A stretch of DNA of 64,000 bases. Source: Moniliella sp. 'wahieum'. Its lineage: Eukaryota. Positions within the stretch are counted from its first letter, which is position 1. Every line of letters starts with the position of its first letter. The stretch is taken from the NCBI GenBank assembly GCA_003971905.1, contig RSEE01000001.1, positions 496,001 through 560,000 of the forward strand, in the 5' to 3' direction. The position numbers and the translations under genes were made by a program. The notes under the pieces were generated by a model, which worked only from the letters and a program-made list of their open reading frames with translations, was not told where the DNA came from and ran no database searches. This document shows, one piece after another, positions 12,017-25,538 of this stretch.

Positions 12017-14607
12017 CGCAACGGGGCGGTGGCGGGGAAGTGGAAGTGGCGGTGGCAGGGAAGTGGAAGGCGGCGGTGGAGGGGGCGATGGGTCGGATGG
12101 TCTGCAGACGAACGCGAGTGTGCGCGTTTGGCCTGTGCCGTGCACCCTGCATCCCAACATGGCATGCCCAGCCGACTTGCCTGCTCGGGAAGCTGGAAGA
12201 GGGCGCCTGCGCTGGGCCAGGGGGCCTGGCGCCGCACGCTACACTGCCCACTGGCGCATGTGGCGCATGACAGCCCGGCTGGCTCGCAGGCGCCACCGCT
12301 GCCCCCGTGCTGACGTCCAAGCCGATTAGGCATTAGGACGTGGAGCTTCCGTTTCAGAATTTCCGTCCTCTCTATCCCACCTCTCGGCGGGTAGCACCGT
12401 CGACGGAGGATCCCCAGCATCTCTGCCCACGCGTGTTGCAATGCGACCGATACCTGGGCACACAGCGGGGTGCTTGCATGGCCAACACGCTTTCCCCAGG
12501 GCACACATGTCTAGGGCATGCTCCCTCACCCCTCCCACTTTGTATCCCCAGCCACATGATAGAAGCGTTGAGCTGGGTGTACAATTGAAGGACAGAGGAC
12601 ACGCATCCCCCGAAACAGGGTGCGACCGTGCATGGAAACGTGGGTTCCTTCAGCACCAAAGTGGGTGGGATGCAACTAGCCCATTGCCTGTCTCCCTTAG
12701 GACTTGCTTGGCGCAGTCACCGAAACAGGTGGTGCAGGCGTATTTGGCGAGAGGCTTGCCCATTCGATGCTGCTTACAGGGCTGGAAGAAGAAGGTGCCA
12801 GTGGTGCTACCAGTAATACCCAGGACGGTGCCCTCTGGCTAGCCATATGCGCTAGAGTGGTACAGGACAGCCTCTGTTGTGGCTGTTTCGCATCCCGGGT
12901 GCTCACCTCGGTCCTGTTTTCCTGTCTGCATATAATGCACTATCAACAGTCTCTGTGGAGATGACACCTACTGGGCGTCTCCTCCCCCGTTGGTTATGGG
13001 GGGGAAAGGCGAGGGGCCGTCATTGGTGAGGACTAGTGCCACGTACGAAGGCCGTGGCGATGAGAACACATGCACATTGAGCTGGTTCGACCCGAGGCCG
13101 AAAGGACAATGGGAAGGAAAGCGTTCAAGTTCATCCCGGGGATCCATACAAAAATTGCCAGCAGTGGGATGGCCAAAAATGGTAAGGAGCTCGCGGAGAT
13201 CGATGCCCACGTACCAGACCGTCTCAAGAGTACTAGATAAGAGTAAGACCCGAATGTGGGGTCGGTCGACAGGCGGGATGATCGATGAGCTGGGATGAGT
13301 AGACGAGCAGCAGCCGGGACAGGATGGGGCGGGTTGGAAGGAAAAAATTGGCTGCTGCGATGGCAGGCACACCAAGATCGTTGAGTCGAGCTGGCACCAG
13401 TCTGTCGACTGAGTATTAGGTCATTTAATGCATAGGTTAGCAGATCCGTTTACGCCTGCTACTATTATAGCGTTGGGCCGTACCCGCGTCTTTCCCGACC
13501 GGTTACCGGTTACCAGGATTACCCGATACACGTTACTATTAGCTGATCGTCGATTATCGATTAATCGATAGTCGATAATCGTTAATCGCTAAGCCGCCAA
13601 ACCATCTCCTCTCGGCCGGATTGCAAATCGCGAACAACAGAGAAGCGTGAGGCATTTGCTAGGACTCGAGTCCATCTGCATCAAGGATGCATGATGCATG
13701 ATGGTCGATGACAACACGCAATCTGGATCTGATTGGTGGGCGATCTCTTGCGTGGCGCGGAGCCGACGGAAGTTGGGAGGATCGGTGCAACAAAGGTTGG
13801 GGGAGCGTGGGAGCCGCCGGTGTGCGTAATGCCGCCGCCCGCCGGGGCGGAGCAAAGGGCGGGTTGGACGGACGCGCTGAGCGGCTGCTGATTCCCTGGT
13901 GGGCGGCCATGGGTGGCAGGTGACAGCGACGCTTGAAACTTGAGAGCCTGAGAGCGTGGCGCTTGAATGGCGCGCTGCGAGTGGCGAGTGACGACGAAGG
14001 GATGTATGACGCATGACGCGTGGCGCGTGACGCTTGGTCAGTGGAGCCAGCACGAGAAGGCACATGGCCAGTGTGCCGGATCCGCCGGGGCTTGTCAAAC
14101 CAGGTGCGCGACGGCTAGTGGGCCGCCGCGTCTCACTGGGGCTGCCACGACGGCGGACACGAGCGACCAACACCACGCGGCGACGGCCACGTCGCACCTC
14201 GAACTCCAAACGCAACATCCAGCCGGGCACTTGGCCGCTGGGGGCATCTGGGAGGTGCCCATCCGCCGAGTAGCGATTGTGCATCATGCATCTTACATCT
14301 CATCCTGCGTCCCGCCTCTTGCAGCCTGCTTCCGGCAGCCCATTGACTCATCGCGCTCATTCATTTCATCGCGCTCATCGCGTGGGCCGAGCGGTACAGG
14401 GGGACCGATGGGGGTGGAACACGGCTAATGACAACCCCACTGCTGCCCTCCCTATCCCGCTTGCCCCGATTGGGTTGGCCAATCAGTGTAACTGCACAAG
14501 CTCCCAGCCTGCCAGAATATTTAAATACCCCCCGTCCCCACCATCACTGAACCCCCTTCTCTTCACCCCTCCCCCACACTCTCTCTCCCTCCTCAGGCAG
14601 CCCCATC

Positions 14608-15732
14608 ATGTCTGGCATCGTTCCCACCGGCAAGCAGTTCAAAATTGCCATCATTGGATCCGGCAACTGGTGCGTGTTTCCTCTGTCTGCGTAAGCATTG
14701 CCGACACTAACGCGCACCTGCTTGATTCTCCTTTCTACAGGGGCAGCGCCATTGCTAAGATCATTGGCGAGAATGTGAGCAAGTTCCCCCACCTGTTCCA
14801 AGAGCGGGTGTGGATGTACGTATATGAGGAGCAAATCCAAGGTCGCAACTTGACCGACATTATCAACCAAGACCACGAGAATGTCAAGTACCTGCCCGGT
14901 GTCCCCCTTCCCCAAAACATTCATGCCTGCCCCGACCCTGTCGAGACTGCCAAGGACGCCAACTTGCTTGTCTTTGTCACCCCGCATCAGTTTATCGATG
15001 GCATCTGCAAAAAGCTCCAAGGCCACATTGCGCCCCATGCCCATGCTATCTCGATGATCAAAGGTGTCGAGGTGGAGACCACTCACATTCGCGTCTTTGC
15101 CGACGTGATTGAGGAGCACTTGGGCTGCAAGTGCTCTGCCTTGTCCGGCGCCAACATTGCCAACGAGGTTGCCCGGGGCAAGTTTTCTGAGACGACGATT
15201 GGGTACCGCGAAGGTCAGCGCGCTTGGGCCGAACTCTTCCACAAGCTGTTCGAGACGCCCAAGTTCCGTGTGGGGCTGGTGGAGGATGTGTACGGAGTTT
15301 CGTTGGGCGGAGCACTGAAAAATGTGGTGGCCATCGCTGCTGGCCTATGTGATGGGCTAGGATGGGGCGAAAATGCAAAGGCGGCCATCATGCGGATCGG
15401 ATTGATCGAGATGAAGAACTTTGCTCAAGAATTCTTCCCTGTCAAGTCAGAGACGTTTACCGAAACATCGGCCGGGGTCGCTGACTTGATCACTACCTGT
15501 TATGGTGGCCGTAACCGCCGCGTAGCAGGCCTTTGTCAAGACAGGCAAGTCGTTCGATGAGCTCGAGGCCGAACTTCTCAATGGTCAAAAACTCCAAGGG
15601 ACTGTCACCGCCAAGGAGATCCATCTCTTCCTTGCTGCCAGGGGGCGGACCCAGGATTACCCTCTCTTTACCGAAGTATACGAGGTCGCGTACAATGGCC
15701 GTCCCGTTTCGACCTTGACAGAAACACTTTAA
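14608..15732 (+). CDS. GPD1: NAD-dependent glycerol-3-phosphate dehydrogenase
   Basis: [27 protein letters not shown] across intron 14670..14740. Motifs [44 protein letters not shown] and LLNGQKLQG. One frameshift near 15530. Confidence 0.97.
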
Positions 15733-16485
15733 ACACCTTTCCCTTTACTTTTCTCCCTACGTGCCATACTGTATACTACCCTCTCCCCATACTCCCTACG
15801 ACAAGCCTGCCACGGCTTCCATGTTACCTCTGCGTTAATCGCGCACTAGTATTGCACCCTTGATCGCGCCTACCATCCCCCGGTTGTCATGCTGCTGGCG
15901 TCAGGCAAGCATATCGGCATTGAGTCACCTAGTTCCATGCTAAAGCAGAATCCACAACAGAGAACACTCGGGCTAAGCACCGTCGGTCCTGCTTCGTGCA
16001 TGGAGCATCCGATGAATCATCGTACGTGTGTAGAAGGTCAAAGCTGGGCCCCACAGGGTCGAATGGCAAAGCCGACTTGTTGGAAGGCGCAAAAAGGAGA
16101 GGCGGAGGAAGAAGAAACCTAACCGAGTCGACGAGGGAAATACTGCCTGGGGTACGGGCAAATGGAGTATGGCATGATGTGGACACAAGTGGTGAGGTCA
16201 ATGGGGATCGCTTATGCCGATACCCTTGCCTCCCAACAGGCCCAGCAATATCGAAACGACAACGAGAGGTAGCGTTGTCTGATCCATGACCCACAGTATT
16301 ATTCACCGTCTGGGGCTGCTCTTCTGTCATCTTTCTGCCGAAGCAGCTGTCGCTTGCAGCGATGCTCGCACGCACACTTGCTGCCCTGCCCACAAGCGCG
16401 GACATGAAGAAATCGCTTCGTCGGATGGATGCAACGCCTGCCTGCGTCTGCCGTGTCCCACCACTACCGTGCTCAACCCGTAATG

Positions 16486-17452
16486 TCACAACATATCATA
16501 ATCCGGTACAAGCTGGGAGAGCAAAGCATGTGTGGCACTTCCCGTTGAGGCTTCCGTCCTAGGGCACAGCGGTGCCCCAGCCTGCTCGCTGTGCGCACGA
16601 AACTGAGCCCGCATGCTTTTGATCAGGCCCCACGGATCCCGTGTCTCGTTGACCTGCTTTGTCAGCTCAGCCACCTTTGCCTTGGGCAGTCTTGGCTTTG
16701 TATGGCGAACTATTGATAAGCCGGAAGAGGATGGTCAGCAAGAAAAGACAATCAACGAACTGAATCCCAGCCTCAAGAAGAAGGGGACGTACCTGAGTAT
16801 CCCCTGTGCTCGCTCATCTCCAATACAAATGAAGCTCTGCCTCGGATCATGAACATCAAAATGTGTGAAAGCAACCCGTAGGTTCCCCTGTTGGGGTACG
16901 ATCTTGACCCCAACCAACTCCTCAAGTCGTTGACGATCTTGCTGGGTGGAGAGCCGAGCACGATGCAGATCTCTCTATTTCGCTCCAGCCGCTCCAACTT
17001 AGCTTGGTGCTGAGCCTCCAACACGCTCACCTCGCCTTGAACGGTCGCCAACCTTCGCGATAAATCCTGATGGCTCAACTCAAGGGCAGCCAAAGCTTGT
17101 CGCTCTCGCTCGTCCTCATCCTTTTGCTGTGCGACGGTGGCCCACAGTCTTTCCTGCTCCTCTTTGACTGATGCCAGTTGGGCAGCGGACTTGGCTTTGC
17201 TGCGGGCCACCCTGCCCAACTCCTCGCCTGCTCGTCTCGGAGCATCTCCGCCCCCAGCCGCCGCCATGACAAACGCGTCATAAGTAAGCAAGAAATCGTC
17301 CATCTTGCGGAAAAGAGGGGCAAGATCCAGGGAATAACTCGTGTCCAGCACCTCCACGTGCCCTTTCAGGGCAATGGTCGTGGACAAATCATCCTGCTTG
17401 TCCAGCGTAAAGCGCTTGGACGTGTTCCCTCCCGGGTGACTGCGCCAAACAT
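16486..17452 (-). CDS. SPC25: Ndc80-complex kinetochore subunit Spc25 (coiled coil plus RWD domain)
   Basis: Coiled-coil ORF 16773..17387, then LVGVKIVPQQGNLRVAFTHFDVHDPRQSF and a C-terminal LTKQVNETRDPWGLIKSMRAQF matching the Spc25 pattern (lNxtrdf..FlKxmRxaF). Probable intron ~16790-16720. Confidence 0.7.
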
Positions 17453-17855
17453 TGGTGTGGCAGGAATACTCCTCGCCTGTGGGGTGGCCACTTGTGGATA
17501 GGCGTGCGCTGCGCCTTGATGGGAGAGGTTGCAGTACGCTTGGCGGGCGTGATTGACGCCATGGGGAGAGGGCTGAAGCTTGAGGACAGATGTGTGATGG
17601 TGGTTAGAGCAGAGGGGCAAACCCAGCCAGCGCCTCGGATTCAAATGGTTGGTCTGATATCCACCTTTCCGACGTGCCACGAAACCAGAAAAACCGCACG
17701 TGACATAAGGGGCACGTGATGAGGCCGTGATTAATTCCGCATCGGCTTTTCCCAGGAGCGGAATGAAGTTGCAAAATTGACGGCCGCTGGCTGGTTTCGC
17801 GACGGTTGTCTTTGTCCTCAGGCGTGGCCGACGCACCCCTCTTAACCACCACATC

Positions 17856-18763
17856 ATGGAAGAGGAAAAGCAGGTCGCTCGTCTCTGGCGCGTAAACCGC
17901 ACCATCCACGAACTCGTGCGGGATCGGGTACGTGATTTTTCCTTTTGACCCTTTCCTGCGCTGCGTGGAGGGGACGGATGGGGTCGGGACACGTGTGGGC
18001 AAGATCAGCTGCTAACTGGCTTGTTGACCGTTTTGTAGGGCTACCAAGTCTCGGACGAGGAGATCAACATTTCGCTTGCAGACTTCCAATCTGCGTTCGC
18101 CCCCAGCGGCAATGTGGACCGGAAGGCTCTCAACTTTTTTGCCGAGGCGGACAAGAACGATCCGCTCCACGCTAATGCCGACGGCTCCGAGGAAGGCGAG
18201 AAGATCTTTGTGTTTTATTCGGAGGAGGCAAATGTTGGTGTCAAGACGATCCGCCAATTTATTGGTGCTTTGGACCAGCAGGGCATCAATCGTGGAATCA
18301 TTATCTGGTCGGAAAAGTTGACTCCGGCAGCTAAGAAGGTGCTGGAAGCGATGCAGCAGCAGTTCGTGCTTGAGGACTTTGACGAGGCCTCGCTCCTGGT
18401 CAACATTACCATCACACCCTTGTGCCTACCCACGAGGTCATGACACCGCTAGAGAAGAAGGAGCTACTTGCACGCTAGTACGTTCTACTCCTGTCCTGAT
18501 CTTGAGTCTGGACCCATCCTCTAACACACTCGCCCGATCTCCTTCTCTTACACAGCCGGTTGAAGGAAAACCAGCTTCCCCGTATCCTCCCCAAGGATCC
18601 AGTCGCTCGTTACTTTGGCCTGACCCGGGGGCAAGTGGTGCGGATCATCCGGCGTACGTATTCCCCGTTTTTTATGCGTTTGCTGAATAGGTCTGACCCG
18701 TCTTTGTTTTTATAGCTTCTGAGACGGCAGGGATACTACTGCTCTTACCGCATCTGCTACTGA
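17856..18763 (+). CDS. RPB5: RNA polymerase I/II/III common subunit RPABC1
   Basis: [60 protein letters not shown]. Introns 17928..18038, 18478..18555 and 18654..18715 have canonical ends. Confidence 0.97.
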
Positions 18764-20841
18764 TCGGTCTCCCTTCCGATTTTCATGTTTTCTTGTCACC
18801 TATTTCCGCTCTGGAGTACCTCCTGTGCGATATTGGCCCAACAGCGGCGAGCGGACAACGCATTGGGCGTGGGAGATTAGACAAAGGCCGCGGGGAAAAA
18901 ACGCATAGACGATCAGTTCCGGCGATAGGCGGAATGACTTTGGGTATGGCTCGGCTTGGCTTGGCTTAGTCGTAGATCTTATGGCACCGCAAGTGGCACT
19001 GAGCACGTGCACCAACCACTTGACAGCTGCATCTCAGACTACACGGCTAAGGTCTAATCTAACCTAACCTGGCCTGGGCTCGCCGGTACAGTCACGGCCA
19101 CCACCACAACCGCAACCACGCAGACATCTTCATCTTGCACCCCCCCCGTCCTTGAGGAGGAGTTGGGATGACCTGCTGTCTCTCCCGTTTCTGATACATG
19201 AACCCAACAGAGCCCTATTAGACTGATTACTCCACTATAGGCCCACTCCTAATCCTGGCCGCGATGATCGTCCACATCGGGCCGCACTATGCAACACTAT
19301 ATGTCTACCTGTAGCAACAACAGTCGCCCCAGCGGGCCCGATGTGTGCACAATTCCATGCCTAAAATGCCCCTTCCTCTATCCCGTTTCCCTTTCAGACC
19401 CTCTGCCTGCATGCTCTATAGTCTGTGGTTTTTGTCACACTGAGCTTATTGCCGTTGAAGAATTCGTCAAATCCATCAATCCATCCAGTTCACAATGGCA
19501 TCTTCGCCTCCTAACTGCATATCCACAATTGTTCCCGTTTCCTATTTTCCAGTGTTTACTTCCCGCTTTTCAATCCACCTCCTCTAATGGATCATCCTTA
19601 ATCTTCCTAGAACCCAGTCGCACAGCTCATCACTTACATTCCTTCGCGAACCAGCGAGAGTCCATAGTTCCAGCCTTCGCACAATTTCTAGCTGTAGTCC
19701 CCACTGGAACGTATTTCCCTTCCCGCTTCCTCTACCTCCATGCACAAACGTCCACATGCATGTTCCTTCTACGCAAAACGCCGGCGCGGATTCAATCATA
19801 ATACTGTTTCGCCTCTTTTCCACACAGACCCATGTCACCCCCTGTAGCCGAGTAACATGCCTTTTGTGACTAATCAGATCAGATATCTATCCCCATAATC
19901 CCTGTCATTCTAACAGCCTGAGTCGCCCTTTTACTCCCCGATGGTGCGTGTGCTCCTTGGAAATCCCGACAGAGGTGGCTGGGAAATCCTCTATGGCGGT
20001 GACCTGTCCATAACAGTCCATTCCTCTTCTTCTACTGGCGAATTAGAATGCGTGTGCGTGTTGCATTGTACACATGTTTCCTACATCTCTGTTTGTGCCG
20101 TCCTGCCTATTCTCTCTTACGCTCCTTCCATGGTGTACCAAAAGTATACGGTCCTGTTGTTGTTCACTTGCCTTGCTTTCCTTCCCTTGCTACAAAACAC
20201 CACACAACAGGCATAAAAAAGAGCCCGGGTGGACTGGATATGTATATGCCGCTCCGTCCTACGGTGTGCACGCTAGAGGCAAGTTGAGTGCGACATGTCG
20301 CTATATGGCAGTAGAAGGCCGGTGCAAGAAAGGAGGAAATGCATGGGTGCAGTGCCGCAGCGTGCGCATGTGTTTTCCTGTCTTATCGATCCTACTCCGG
20401 TGGGGGGGGGGCGCTTCCTATGAGAGGAAGGCAGGAATGAAACGGAACATGAAATGAAACAAAACGCCTCCGCCGTGCGCAGATAGACTTACGTCATCGA
20501 GCAAGGGGGCTGCGCATGCGCCACCAGCAAGCTGGCTGGTGTGCTGGCGGCACGGCGCCAGTCTTGCGCCGACCGCCTGGCCCATCGACCGCAACTCGCC
20601 GAGGCCATCATCGGGGCGGGAGACTGCTGGGGGTGGCGGTGGCCGGTGGGGGCCGAGCAGGGCCAGCAGCCGAACCCACGCAGCGAGCGCACGCAACCAC
20701 TGCTGCTCTGGTCTCTTGCACCCGCTATCGTCTGGGTCGTCTTCGCCCCTGCTACCTCGCCCCTGCGCTCCCTCGGCTGAAGCCACTGCTGTCCGCCTCT
20801 CTCGCCCCCTCGGCCCTTCCAACCCTCCCTTCACACGCCCC

Positions 20842-22332
20842 ATGTCACGTCTGCTGGGCGCCGGGACGCACAAGTCCTCCTCCTCGCTCCTCTCCGTGTC
20901 GTTTAACCAGGATGCAAGCTGTCTTTCTGTCGGAACCCGCAAGGGCTATTCCATCTGGAACACTGAGCCCCATGGGCGCGTGTTCAGCAAGAATGTCGGG
21001 CCAACGGGCATTGTCGAGATGCTGTTTTGCACCTCCCTGGTCGCCCTCGTCGGCACCGGCGAGCAACCTTCCCCCGGCGCTGCTCCTGCAGCCGGTGCGA
21101 CCGGACGACAAGGAGTTGCGTCCCCACGAAAGGTGCAAGTGGTCAACTCGAACCGCCAATCTACGATCTGCGAACTGCTCTTTCCCAGCACGGTTCTCGG
21201 TGTCAAGCTCAATCGCAAACGGCTAGTCGTACTCCTGGAGGAGGAGATCTATATTTATGACATTAGTAACATGAAGTTGCTCCATACAATTGAGACGAGC
21301 CCCAATCCTCAAGGTGAGTTGCTGCGCTCTACCTCTTAGTCCCAAATTATTGCTAACGATCCCATGCTTATCCTATTTTCCCCTCCAGCGATCTGTGCCT
21401 TGTCCGCGAGCTCCAATCCTTGCTACCTTTTTTTCCCTCCCTGTACCTAGCCCCACGTCGCCGCTTCCCGGATCATCGCAGAGCGCGCCGGGAGCAAGCG
21501 GACAGGGCGGCTACAACATGCCAGGAGACATTATGATCTTTGATCTACTCAACCTGTCAATGATCAATGTTATCCAGGCGCACAAAGCTCCTATTGCTGC
21601 CTTGGCCCTCAACGCGAATGGGACCCTGCTTGCGACGCCAGTGAAAAGGGAACGATCATTCGTGTCTTTAGCATCCCATCCGCGACCAAGTTGTGGCAGT
21701 TCCGACGTGGCTCCTACCCGGCCCGGATCTACTCACTTTCGTTCAACGCAACATCGACCTTACTCTCCTGCTCTTCCGATACAGAGACTGTCCACATTTT
21801 CCGTTTGGCACCCACCTATGGCGAGCCCGACGGTCGTCAGACTGCCAAGTTGGGCACCGTTGTCGCCGCTCGGCATGCCGCCTTGTCTGCCGCGGCCGGT
21901 AGCGCTGGCACGTTGAGTCCGAATGGCAATGGGACCAACAGTCCTGCGGCCTCACTCGAGGACGATGAATCCGAGGCTGGGAACGGCGTGGAGGACCCTA
22001 CCTCCCTAGCCAACCGGGGGAATGGAGGTGGGTTCAACTGGTCAAACGCCAGTCGCGTGCGTTGGGCCGGAATGTAGCGGGCAGCGTGGGTGGTCTGCTG
22101 CCCCACTCGTTTTCCGATATGTGGGAGGTGCAACGCGACTTTGCCCACCTCAAGTTACCCACCCCCGGGGTCAGCAGCATTGTTGCCATCTCGTCGGCCA
22201 CGCCAACGGTCATGGTGGTCACCTCGGAGGGCTGCATTTACACGTACTCCATTGACCTGGAACACGGTGGAGAGTGTGCTGATGAAGCAGTACTCGCTGC
22301 TGGATTACAATGACGATGCTGAGGAGCGGTAA
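20842..22332 (+). CDS. ATG18: Autophagy PROPPIN (WIPI) beta-propeller
   Basis: [60 protein letters not shown] and the phosphoinositide-binding motif [13 protein letters not shown]. Intron 21314..21388. Confidence 0.95.
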
Positions 22333-23355
22333 CTGTGGCGGTTCGCTTGCCCTTCTGCTCGGCACGGGGCGTTGTGCGGACTGATCGCCTTTAAGCCCCA
22401 CTTTATCTCACAGCTCACTACCTCTCTTGCGCTTCGAGTTTGTGCGCAACTACTTCATTTTCTTACGGATGGACAGATGGACAGGCCAGGCCTCTGTCTC
22501 GCTATATGGATGCACATTGTGCGCCTTCTATTATGCTTCCTTTGTGGATGGCAAGTAAGCCGGAACGAGTGGCGTGCAATTCGAATGCAAGGTAATCCTC
22601 TCCGACGTCCGACGGCATAATATGGCTACGCGGGCAAAGAAGCTGTAGTTGGCGGATGGCGGGGGGGAACTGAGGCCCGCAGGGGTGTGTTGAGTAGGCC
22701 GTTAGGTGTATGTGGCAGATAACTGTGATGCACAGAGAGATGCAGGAGCGATAGAGTGCTGGTAATCCGTCATCACATGTCACAGCGATGCAAGGGTGAT
22801 GTTCCATCGCCATGGCTGCCTGCCACGACATCATCTTGTGAAGGCTTACTAAGCACTCAGACTGAGCACTGAGTACCTGAGCCAGGACTGGGCCCGAGCT
22901 CTGCTTTGCGCTATAAGCGCCTGATCCCCGCCTTCGGTACGGGGGCCGAGTACCGTCGGGCTTCAATGAAGCTGAAGCTCAAGCTACCTTAATCAAACTG
23001 TTCAGTGTTCAACCGTCCACGCAGTACTTCAGCACTGGGTGCGTGCCAGTACAGACCAGGACTCGACACAGTTAGTCCGAGGCCGTACACGGGCAGTGTG
23101 CTTAATGCCGCCCCACTTTAAATGCTTCTTTGTTCGACCTTCGCTCGGCGCTGCCCAGAGCTGGAGAGAGGCGACATCTCCGAGTGTTGAACCCAACGTC
23201 TGAGGGCACACAGCAAGCCAGGAGCTTGGATGAAGTTTGCTTGAAGCGCACTCTCTACTCACTTCTCCGCCACCAGTATTTTCGCCCCGCTCCACCTCAG
23301 CTTCCGCGCTTTCTGATCCCATTGCCACACAGACGTGCCCGTCTCGCCTCTCGCC

Positions 23356-24654
23356 ATGTCGAACCCTGCTTCCCGTCCCACTGTGCCCCTGCCCGCCGGC
23401 ACACCCGTCGCGTTCAAGCAGGATGCTCATTCTCTTCTCGCCATCCCGGGCCCCGTCGAGGTGACGGATGCAGTGCTGTACGCCAATGCGCACCCGTCGG
23501 TGGCGCACACTAGCCCTCCTTTTGTCAAGGTCTTTGGTGAAGCACTTGGCCACTTCCTTACGCTTCTGCGTGCGCCCCAGGACGCCGAGGCGATCATCAC
23601 CGCTGGCTCTGGCACACTGGGTTGGGACCACATTGCGTCCAACTTGGTCCACCCGGGCGACTCGGTCCTTGTCCTGTCGACCGGCTACTTTGGCGACGCA
23701 TTTGCCACTGCTTGCGGGCCTACGTCTTCCCCGACGTGATCGAGGCGCCAGTGGGCAAAAAACACACTCTGTCCGCTGTCCGCGAGGCGCTCAAAGCTCG
23801 TGCCTACACCGCCGTCTTGGTAACTCATGTCGACACCTCGACGGGTGTACTGAGTGATGCGGAGGGAATTGCGAGGGTGGTTCGGACTCATGCCCCCGAT
23901 GCCCTGCTGGTTTTGGACGGAGTGTGCAGTGTAGGCTCGGAGCAGATCGAGATGGGTGCGTGGGGCTTTGATGCTGTCCTGACCGCAAGCCAAAAAGGGA
24001 TTGGTTGCCCGCCGGGGCTGATGCTACTTGCCCTCTCCCGCGCGCGGTGCGGCATGCTGCGGCCAAGCGGGCCCAAGGCCAAGCGCCCCGGACCTATTTT
24101 GCCGATTGGCAACGCTGGTTGCCGATCATGCGCGCCTACCGTGCCGGCAAGCCAGCGTACTTTGCCACTCCGCCCACCAACTTGATCTATGCTCTGCACC
24201 AATCTCTCACTGACATGCTCGTCCCCGCGCCGACGGTTGCTCAGACGATTGCCACGCGTATTGCAGCCCACGCCTGGTGTCAGAACAGATCAAGACCCAC
24301 ATTGCCAGCCTGGGTTTGGCCCAACTCGCCGCGGGCAATGGTCTGGAGGACGGTGCACACGGCATGACCGCTGTCCGCTTCCCGCAGGGGTGGAAGGCCC
24401 GAAGGTGCTGGCCGCGCTGGGCAAGCGGGGCGTGGTGGCCGGCACAGGGCTGCACAAGGCATGCAAGGCTGAGTACTTCCGGCTGGGCCACATGGGCGTG
24501 TCGGTGACTGACGCGGCGCGTGGCGACACGGCGCGGTTGTTGGCTGCGCTCGATGGCGCCTTGGCCGAGGCGGGCTGGGGGCCAGCCCAACGTGCGGTTG
24601 CTGCGGCGGGGGACGGCTGGCACCTGCGCTGGGCAAGTGCAGGCCAAGTTGTAG
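23356..24654 (+). CDS. AGX1: Alanine-glyoxylate aminotransferase (class V PLP enzyme)
   Basis: LLAIPGPVEV, GSGTLGWD, STGYFGDAF, THVDTSTGVL, DGVCSVGSE, PLP lysine in TASQKGIGCPPGL, YFATPP, YFRLGHMG. Several frameshifts; 3' end approximate. Confidence 0.92.
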
Positions 24655-25538
24655 AAGGAACAGCGAGGGACACAGAGGTCCTGGATGTCTGTTTGCATTC
24701 GAGTTTGGGGGGTTGCATTATTGCATTGCATCCATTGCATTGCCCTGCGCGGCAAGTGCCACAGTACACCCATAGGCAGGAGGCAACCGCCAAAGATCAA
24801 TATTCAAGCGCAAGCGGAGTGCTGGTGCAGTTCCTGGACGCCTGCGTCTGGCATCCATCTGGCCGGGGGTGGTGCCTGTCGGGACGTGCTCGGCTGCAGC
24901 AAAGCCCATTCGCCTCCATTGCGGCCCGGGGGCTACAAGGACGCTGTCATCGACGTGCTGCTGTAGGGCGCAGAGCTGGCTGGCTCGCACGGGCGCAGAC
25001 GGTCCGCAAGAGTCCGCCGCACCGGATCCAGCAGGAGCTGCGTGGCGCCAGCAGGGCGTCAGTGTGACAGCTCTGCTGCATAACGTCATCCCCACGTCAT
25101 CGATCATCGGTACCAGACCGGTGACATGTGACATGGTGCAGCTGCGAAAAGGGCAGCCAGTGTGGCCAAACTCAAGGGCGCCCCCCCACGGCCCCCACCT
25201 GTCGAATCACCACCTCTGCAGCCGTTGCGGGCAGCCCACCCGCACCGTCCACGGTCCACGGTCCATTCTGAGCGTGAAGCCTGCCCCGGAGGACCGACTG
25301 TCGTCATTGCTGCCGTGAGCGTGGGACGTGAGAGTGAGAAGGTGTGAACGGAGACCTCAACACCGTGGATTTTGTCACGCGCGACTTTATCCGTTCATCC
25401 GCGTTGTATCTGCGCGCACACGAGCGCGCTGCTCGGACCCAACATGGGTACGTCCTGCGCCCCAAAGTGCCCAATGTGGCCTTCCGACTGACCTTATCCC
25501 TCCCTTTCACCACCACCTCTTGTTCCGCTCTTCTTTCC

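Noticed and set aside
12550..13400. Possible small minus-strand gene between the CDF transporter and GPD1
   Set aside because: Only short ORFs with no recognisable motif or consistent splice model.
19000..20450. ORFs 19289..19801 and 19941..20457 in a lower-GC gap
   Set aside because: No recognisable domains or typical codon bias; could be decayed sequence but cannot be assigned.
13030..23150. tRNA T-loop-like GTTCGA strings at ~13085 and ~23132
   Set aside because: No cloverleaf stems can be formed around them.
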